Shown: positions 57,617-64,000 of the stretch, one piece after another
Layout: every line of letters begins with the position of its first letter
Position numbering within the stretch: the stretch's first letter is position 1
Assembly (NCBI GenBank): GCA_044361595.1
Contig: JBIKIN010000010.1
Location: 4,112-68,111, forward strand
Reading direction: 5' to 3'
Source: Pelobium sp.
GTDB taxonomy: Bacteria > Bacteroidota > Bacteroidia > Sphingobacteriales > Sphingobacteriaceae
DNA length: 64,000 nt
The notes under the pieces: generated by a model
Seen by the model: the letters and a program-made list of their open reading frames with translations, nothing else
What the model was told of the DNA's origin: nothing
The model's database searches: none
Program-made: the position numbers and the translations under genes

Positions 57617-59331
57617 TAAAAATAGCTGATAATGCCAAAGTGTATCTTACCGTTTTGCAAATTTAATGGATTATTTCTTGCTTTTCCTAAAGCATAATTT
57701 AAAGAGGCTATACCTACTTTAGTTTGAAAGGTAATACCTGCCCCAATTCCAAGTGGGGAGTCATTTTGCTTTAAATTTACAAATTCTTGCCAAACGTAGG
57801 CTTGGTCTACAAAAGCATTTAGGTAAGAATTGGTTTCAATTAGATATCTAAATTCTACAGTTTGAATAGAAAAGGCATTAGATATAATTGATTGCTCATC
57901 AAAACCTCGTAAAGTTTTAAACCCACCAATTCTAAAAGCCTCGTTATCAAATAAATTCTTTCCATTCAAAACTCCTGTATAATTATGTAGGTATAAAACA
58001 GATTTACTTCCTGTTTTTAAATAATATTTCAAATTAGCAACCAATTTTATCTGCTCACTATTAGTTGATTGAAAAAAATCATTCGGCCTAAAATTTTCTG
58101 AAGGATTTATCTTTCTTGAACCTATTGCTATCTGTATATCAAAATCTAAGCCTTTTAAAGGTGTAATTCTTTGGTCTAACTTAATATAAGATGCTGATAA
58201 GCCATAAAATATTGTGCTAATATTTGCAAAATTGGGTATTAAAGAAATTGAATTTGATTGACCAACTTGATTACCATTAAAGTTTTCTACAAAAAAACTT
58301 AAACGCTTAGAAGTGCTAAAGTTATAATCAAAAGCTATTTTGGTAGTTAAATTTAAGAAACTACTATCTCGTTTAAACAATTGAAAATCGGTATTTACAC
58401 CTATTTGCGTTCTAAAAATATATGGATAATTAAATTTTAATGACAGTTCTTGAGATTGAGACGGTAAACCTCTATAATTAAAATCCAATACTTCTCCAGC
58501 CTTAAGTGCATTTTTTAGGTTCAATTTAAAATCTCCTGTTAATTGTAATTTACCTGTTTGTGAATTTGGCAAAAAACCTATAATCCCATCAAACTGATTA
58601 GCGTTTTGTTTATCCAAAAAAACATTTACAGTTGCGCTTTCGCCACCAAACACAATTTCACTAGGCTTTAAGATTTTTAAATAGGGCAAATCTCTCAATC
58701 GAGAATCAATTAAACCTACTTTACTTTGATTATAATTTTGACTTGTTCTAAGCCCTAAATAGGAGCTTAAAAAACTTTGGCTAAGCTTTGCATTACCCAC
58801 TAATCTAATAGAATCTAATTTGATATTTCTATTTGGACTAACAAATATGCTAGCTTCATAAACTCCAGAAGAGTAGCTCAAGCTATCTAAAAATAAAGAA
58901 ACAAAAGGATAACCATTATCCTCATAATAACTTAAAATCTTTTGATATAACTTATTTATGCTACTAAATGCAATTGGCTTTTCTCTTTTTAATTGATCTT
59001 TTAAGCTTAATTCGTCAATTAAATTAGCCGAAATATTTCCATTATTTAGTTTTAATCCGTTGTATTGTTTACCCAAACTCAAAACAATTTGTAAAGAATC
59101 GTTTTTAAATTCATAATCGGTGACATCAACATCTAAATAACCTAAAAACTTTAATCGTTCAATTTCTTTTTTTAATCCGTCAACCGCAGCAGCAGAATCT
59201 TTAAAAATTTGTGGATTAATGCTTCTAACTTTTTTATCTAATTTCAGAAAACTAAGGGTAATACTTTTTTTTTGGCTTACGCCGATTTGGGACACACATA
59301 AAAAAAATAAAAGTAAAGCTGTCCTAAGCAT
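57616..59331 (-). CDS. BamA/TamA-family outer membrane protein (POTRA + beta-barrel)
   Basis: YEDNGYPF POTRA, FRIGGFKTLRGFDE, C-terminal KIHFGIISYF. Confidence 0.85.
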   Translation of the reverse strand: MLRTALLLFFLCVSQIGVSQKKSITLSFLKLDKKVRSINPQIFKDSAAAVDGLKKEIERLKFLGYLDVDVTDYEFKNDSLQIVLSLGKQYNGLKLNNGNISANLIDELSLKDQLKREKPIAFSSINKLYQKILSYYEDNGYPFVSLFLDSLSYSSGVYEASIFVSPNRNIKLDSIRLVGNAKLSQSFLSSYLGLRTSQNYNQSKVGLIDSRLRDLPYLKILKPSEIVFGGESATVNVFLDKQNANQFDGIIGFLPNSQTGKLQLTGDFKLNLKNALKAGEVLDFNYRGLPSQSQELSLKFNYPYIFRTQIGVNTDFQLFKRDSSFLNLTTKIAFDYNFSTSKRLSFFVENFNGNQVGQSNSISLIPNFANISTIFYGLSASYIKLDQRITPLKGLDFDIQIAIGSRKINPSENFRPNDFFQSTNSEQIKLVANLKYYLKTGSKSVLYLHNYTGVLNGKNLFDNEAFRIGGFKTLRGFDEQSIISNAFSIQTVEFRYLIETNSYLNAFVDQAYVWQEFVNLKQNDSPLGIGAGITFQTKVGIASLNYALGKARNNPLNLQNGKIHFGIISYF

Positions 59332-59427
59332 GAATATAACGAACGATAATTTTTTAAAAATAGCTGTATAAAAACGAAGAAAAAAATACCAAACATAAAA
59401 TTATGATAGTTAGACAAAGCATTTCCC

Positions 59428-59435
59428 TATTTTTG
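59428..59435 (+). promoter_or_regulatory. -7 element (TATTTTTG) of hemW, implying a leaderless transcript
   Basis: TAnnTTTG ending 4 nt before the ATG at 59440. Confidence 0.6.
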
Positions 59436-59439
59436 CAGC

Positions 59440-60579
59440 ATGGCAGGTATTTATATTCACATTCCGTTTTGCAAGCAAGCTTGCCATTATTGCGATTTTC
59501 ATTTCTCAACTTCTCTAAAACATAAAGATGATTTATTGCAATGCATTCATCAGGAGATTAAACTGCAAAAATCTTATTTAGAAAATCAAACTGTAGAAAC
59601 TATCTATTTTGGAGGAGGAACTCCTTCCCTACTCAGCGCTTCAGAAGTAGACCGAATTATTGATATTGTTCATCAAAACTTTGAGGTTTCTAAACAACCA
59701 GAAATCACTTTAGAGTCCAATCCAGATGATTTAGGTATTGAAAAATTAAAAGAATTTAAAAATACCAATATTAACCGCTTAAGTATTGGAGTACAATCTT
59801 TTTTTGACGAAGATTTAAAATGGATGAACAGGGCGCATAAAGCTAATGAAGCTGAAAGCTCAATAAAAAGAGCTCAAGATTACGGATTAGAGAACATTAC
59901 CATAGATTTAATTTATGGCTACCCATTATTGAGCGACGAGAAATGGGAAACCAACATCAATAAAACCATCGAATTTGATATTCCACATATATCTTCTTAC
60001 AGTATGACAGTTGAACCCCAAACTGCCTTGGCAAGTTTCATTAATAAGGGAAAACAAATTGCCATGGATGAGACTCAAAGTGCAGCTCAATTTCAAATCT
60101 TAATACAAGAACTTACTCAAAACGGGTTCGAGCATTACGAGATATCTAACTTTGCTAAGCCCGGGAAATATTCTAAACATAATACAAACTATTGGCGTGG
60201 GGTTCATTATTTAGGTATTGGTCCTTCAGCTCATTCTTTTAATGGCAAAAGCAGGCAGTGGAATATAGCTAACAATGCAAAGTATATTCAAGAATTAGAG
60301 ACTAAGAAAATTCCATTCACCCTAGAAGTTTTAACTTTAGAAAATAAGTTTAACGAATATGTAATGACTAGCCTGCGGACACAGTGGGGCATAGATTTAG
60401 AGAAAATTAAAATAGATTATGGTCTAGATTATAAAAATAAATTATTGGCTTTCGCCGATGAACACATTAACGATAACTTATTGGCTTTCGCCGATGAAAA
60501 ACTTAAATTAACACTTAAAGGAAAATTATTTGCAGATAAAATTGCTGCTGACTTATTTATTACCGATGACGAATTTTAA
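59440..60579 (+). CDS. hemW: radical SAM heme chaperone HemW
   Basis: IYIHIPFCKQACHYCDF, TIYFGGGTPS, HYEISNF, HN..YW. Confidence 0.95.
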   Translation: MAGIYIHIPFCKQACHYCDFHFSTSLKHKDDLLQCIHQEIKLQKSYLENQTVETIYFGGGTPSLLSASEVDRIIDIVHQNFEVSKQPEITLESNPDDLGIEKLKEFKNTNINRLSIGVQSFFDEDLKWMNRAHKANEAESSIKRAQDYGLENITIDLIYGYPLLSDEKWETNINKTIEFDIPHISSYSMTVEPQTALASFINKGKQIAMDETQSAAQFQILIQELTQNGFEHYEISNFAKPGKYSKHNTNYWRGVHYLGIGPSAHSFNGKSRQWNIANNAKYIQELETKKIPFTLEVLTLENKFNEYVMTSLRTQWGIDLEKIKIDYGLDYKNKLLAFADEHINDNLLAFADEKLKLTLKGKLFADKIAADLFITDDEF

Positions 60580-61363
60580 AAATAAAATAGTTTGGATAAC
60601 CGGCGCTTCATCTGGAATTGGAGAAGCATTAGTTTATGAGTTAAATGAAGCTGGCGCCAAACTTATTGTTTCTTCTCGCAAAGCTGATGCCTTATATCAA
60701 GTAAAACAGAAGTGTAAAAAGAATCCTCTAGACATTCATGTGTTACCTGTAGACTTAGAGCAAACCGAAAGTTTATCTAGCAAAGCAAACGACGCATGGA
60801 AAATTTATGGACGTATTGATATCTTAATTAACGCCGGAGGAATAAGTCAGCGAAGTGAGGTAGTAGATACTTTATTAGCCGTTGAACAAAAAATAATGAG
60901 TATTAATTTTTGGGGAACTGTAAGTTTAAGCAAAGCAATTTTACCAAAAATGATAGCACAAGGCAGCGGAAACTTAGTTGTAATCAGTTCGCTTGTGGGT
61001 AAATTTGGTACTCAGTTTAGAAGTACCTATTCAGCATCTAAACACGCACTGCATGGTTACTTTGATAGTTTAAGAAACGAAGTTTTTGATAAAGGAATTT
61101 CGGTTAACATCATTTGCCCTGGATTTATTAGAACAAATGTTACCATCAACTCGGTTACATCTGATGGTGGCGTTTATGGTAAAATGGACCAAAACCAAGA
61201 AGATGGCATGAGCGCAAAAAACTGCGCTATTAAAATTTTAGAGGCTATTGCTAAAAACAAGGAAGAGGTACTAATTGGAGGAAAAGAAACTTATGGTGTT
61301 TACATTAAAAGGTTTTTACCAAAATATTTCTCTAAAATGATTAGAAAAAGAAAAGTTATTTAA
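60566..61363 (+). CDS. short-chain dehydrogenase/reductase (start corrected to MTNFK at 60566)
   Basis: TGASSGIG, INAGG, YSASK. Confidence 0.93.
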   Translation: MTNFKNKIVWITGASSGIGEALVYELNEAGAKLIVSSRKADALYQVKQKCKKNPLDIHVLPVDLEQTESLSSKANDAWKIYGRIDILINAGGISQRSEVVDTLLAVEQKIMSINFWGTVSLSKAILPKMIAQGSGNLVVISSLVGKFGTQFRSTYSASKHALHGYFDSLRNEVFDKGISVNIICPGFIRTNVTINSVTSDGGVYGKMDQNQEDGMSAKNCAIKILEAIAKNKEEVLIGGKETYGVYIKRFLPKYFSKMIRKRKVI

Positions 61364-61365
61364 CA

Positions 61366-61398
61366 CAAAAGCCGATTTAAATATTAAATCGGCTTTTG
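61366..61398. terminator. bidirectional intrinsic terminator between SDR and pgk
   Basis: Perfect 15-bp stem CAAAAGCCGATTTAA-ata-TTAAATCGGCTTTTG. Confidence 0.85.
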
Positions 61399-61418
61399 AT
61401 TAATTAATATTTAAAGTT

Positions 61419-62612
61419 TTAATCTAAAATTGCTTTAACGCCAGGTAATTCTTTGCCCTCCATGTACTCTAACAGGGCGCCTCCACCTGTAGATACATAA
61501 CTCACTTGTTCTTCCATGCCAAATTTAGCAACTGCAGCTGCTGAGTCGCCACCCCCTATGAGAGAGAAGGCTCCATTTTCTGTAGCTTCTACCACAGCGT
61601 TGGCAACAGCTTTTGTTCCATTTTCAAATTTAGGCATCTCAAAAACACCCATTGGCCCATTCCATAAAATGGTTTTAGACTTGGCAATAATGCCTGCAAA
61701 TTTTTTGATAGTATCTTCACCAATATCTAAGCCCATCCAATTGTCTTTGATGTGGTCGTTATAAGCATTTCCTGTTTCTGCATCGTTAGAAAAGGCATCC
61801 GCAATTACAGAATCTGTAGGAATAATCATGTTTACTCCTTTTTCATTAGCCTTTTTGATCAATTCTTTAGCTAAATCTAATTTATCTTCTTCTACTAAAG
61901 ATTTTCCAATTTTACCCCCATTAGCTTTAATAAAAGTATATGTCATACCGCCGCCAATCAGTAAATTATCTACTTTATCTAATAACTTTTCTATTAGCAA
62001 AATTTTATCAGACACTTTTGCCCCTCCCATAATTGCGGTAAAAGGGCGCTCGGGGTTATTTAATACTTTTTCTGCATTAGCTAACTCTGAGCCCATTAAG
62101 TATCCAAAATATTTAGAACTTGGGAAAAATTTAGCAATTATTGCCGTAGAAGCATGAGCTCTATGAGCGGTACCAAAGGCATCATTTACATAAATATCAC
62201 CAAGTTGAGCTAGTTTTTGAGCAAATGCTTCATCTCCTTTTTCTTCTTCTTTGTAAAAACGTAGGTTTTCTAGCAATAAAACTCCACCAATTTGAAGGTT
62301 TTTGGCTAATTCTTGTGCTTGTGCTCCAATGCAATCATCGGCAAAAGCTACACTTGTACCCAAAAGTTCTGATAAATGCGCTACGATATGCTTTAAAGAA
62401 TATTTATTTGTTGGGCCATCTTTTGGACGACCTAAGTGCGACATTAAAATTACGCTACCGCCATCTTTTAAAATCTTTGTAATTGTAGGCAATGCCGCAG
62501 TAATACGCTTATCGTCTGTTATATTGAAATCAGAATCTAGAGGAACATTAAAATCAACTCTGATTAATGCCTTCTTCCCTGAAAAATTAATATCATCTAT
62601 TGTTTTCATCAT
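61419..62612 (-). CDS. pgk: phosphoglycerate kinase
   Basis: [39 protein letters not shown]. Confidence 0.99.
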   Translation of the reverse strand: MMKTIDDINFSGKKALIRVDFNVPLDSDFNITDDKRITAALPTITKILKDGGSVILMSHLGRPKDGPTNKYSLKHIVAHLSELLGTSVAFADDCIGAQAQELAKNLQIGGVLLLENLRFYKEEEKGDEAFAQKLAQLGDIYVNDAFGTAHRAHASTAIIAKFFPSSKYFGYLMGSELANAEKVLNNPERPFTAIMGGAKVSDKILLIEKLLDKVDNLLIGGGMTYTFIKANGGKIGKSLVEEDKLDLAKELIKKANEKGVNMIIPTDSVIADAFSNDAETGNAYNDHIKDNWMGLDIGEDTIKKFAGIIAKSKTILWNGPMGVFEMPKFENGTKAVANAVVEATENGAFSLIGGGDSAAAVAKFGMEEQVSYVSTGGGALLEYMEGKELPGVKAILD

Positions 62613-62752
62613 TATTTTAATTTCATGCTAAACTAACAATCATAAAGTAAACTTTATCATGCCTTATTTAAAAATTTGTCTATTTTACAATATAATTCAT
62701 TAATAAAGTGAATAATTGAGGGCAATTAATTGACTATAATAGCTAAAGTAAA

Positions 62753-64000
62753 TTACTCTAATCCATCAATGGTAACCGCAACATTCCCAGTTGCTACAAC
62801 CATGGCTACAATTGCATTTGGTGTTAAAATTACTTTATTGGGTGTAATACCATTTAACTTTCCGTTTACTTTCACGCCTTTCATAGGCTCATAATTAGTA
62901 AGATAACTTGACATAGACTTTTCTCCTTCAGCAAGCTGCTCGGCAATTGAAAAACGGCATGCGTCAGACATTTTTTTCAGAATTAATCCGTGAGCTAGCC
63001 AATTACCTATTTTAAGCAATTTACTTTTAGAATCTAAGACAAAATCTACTTGATCTAGATAAATCTCTTTCTTTTCAGCGTCGTAAGCTGGAATACCCGT
63101 TAAATAAAAATCGCCATTTACAGATCCACTTAAATTTAATGCTACAATCATTTTACCCTCTTTACCCCATAATTCAACTTTGTTTACGGTAACACTTCGC
63201 TTTCCTGACTCGAATTTCTGACCAGCAAAATTTTTGCTTACTATACTAGAAGCATAGGTATAAGTTGCAAAGGCCGCTACGTTAGCCTTAAACTCATTTG
63301 GCATTTTATCAATTGCTTTTAATAATACGCTTGCTCTATCAAATGTATTTTTAGGTTTGCTACCTATAGCTGTTTCTAAATAAGCTTTTAAGCCTAAATT
63401 AGCAGTGATTTTTTGATTTGCTACGCTAGCTTTAGAAGCATAAACTTCTACTGGTTGCATCACAAACCAAGATTCATAGGTTTCGTTTACTTTAGTGGGT
63501 TCACTAAATGCTTGCAAAGCGTCTAAAACGTAAGGTTTAATATCTAGGGATTCTTTAATCGCATCATCAACTAATTTAGATAGAGTAGGCTTAAAAATAG
63601 TAATTGCGGGGTTTATTAAATAAGTAATTGGAATAGATTTACCCGCTACCACAACAGATGGAGATTCTTTCCAAGCAATATTTTGGATGGTTGTTTGTGT
63701 GGTAATTTTCCAATCTTTTAAACCTACAATAGCACTTAATCTAACAGTACCATTAAGATAAAAATCTTTTACGTCTGAAAGATTAATACCAAAAGACTCC
63801 ATTCCGTACTTCACTTTACCATTAATTCTTAAAGGAAAATCCATAATAATTTTACCATCCTTTTCACTAATAATAATGTTACTTTGCTTGTAAACCTTCA
63901 TCATTAAGTTATCAGAATCAAAAGAATTATCCTCGTAAATTAATCCGGTTAAATATTTATTGGTTTGGGTTTGCAAATCTTTAACGGTAACCACTACTGG
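62753..64000 (-). CDS. DUF4403-family protein, 5' end outside window
   Basis: Frame stays open to the window edge; pattern (MMKVYKQSNI, LTGIPAYDAEKKEIYLDQVDF) resembles DUF4403. Confidence 0.75.
   Translation of the reverse strand, partial: PVVVTVKDLQTQTNKYLTGLIYEDNSFDSDNLMMKVYKQSNIIISEKDGKIIMDFPLRINGKVKYGMESFGINLSDVKDFYLNGTVRLSAIVGLKDWKITTQTTIQNIAWKESPSVVVAGKSIPITYLINPAITIFKPTLSKLVDDAIKESLDIKPYVLDALQAFSEPTKVNETYESWFVMQPVEVYASKASVANQKITANLGLKAYLETAIGSKPKNTFDRASVLLKAIDKMPNEFKANVAAFATYTYASSIVSKNFAGQKFESGKRSVTVNKVELWGKEGKMIVALNLSGSVNGDFYLTGIPAYDAEKKEIYLDQVDFVLDSKSKLLKIGNWLAHGLILKKMSDACRFSIAEQLAEGEKSMSSYLTNYEPMKGVKVNGKLNGITPNKVILTPNAIVAMVVATGNVAVTIDGLE

Noticed and set aside
61516-62631. Plus-strand ORFs within pgk
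   Set aside because: Antisense shadows of pgk.

Overview
AT-rich Bacteroidota chromosome segment, probably Sphingobacteriaceae/Pedobacter-like (inferred from TAnnTTTG promoters, SusC/SusD, gldKLMN, the FtsZ HDNVD terminus and secY-map linkage). From left to right: (1) the ribosomal protein superoperon on the minus strand from rplC to secY and a partial map, with rpsJ absent upstream of rplC; (2) two tandem paralogous lipoproteins with 16-aa KIKIDGDE repeats, TerC, a polyprenyl synthase and a beta-barrel protein; (3) an accessory block with a leftward TPMT-methyltransferase/thioredoxin arm and a rightward ~9 kb operon encoding a DUF2064/CofC-like protein, an AhpD-like CxxC protein, an ArsS-type radical SAM enzyme, SusC, SusD, a Na+:solute symporter and a metallophosphoesterase with altered motifs; (4) the dcw cluster mraZ-ftsZ; (5) a CutA-like gene and tetR divergent from an ABC-HlyD-TolC module whose ATPase motifs are degenerate; (6) a FucP-type MFS, uvrC, gldKLMN, hemD, DUF4271, a BamA/TamA-family protein, hemW, an SDR, pgk and a partial DUF4403 gene. 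No rRNA, tRNA, CRISPR array or IS element was seen. The strongest candidate for an uncharacterised system is block 3: a CAZyme-free PUL-like uptake locus coupled to arsenosugar-type (As/Se/S) radical SAM chemistry. Family assignments come from motif recognition, not database searches.
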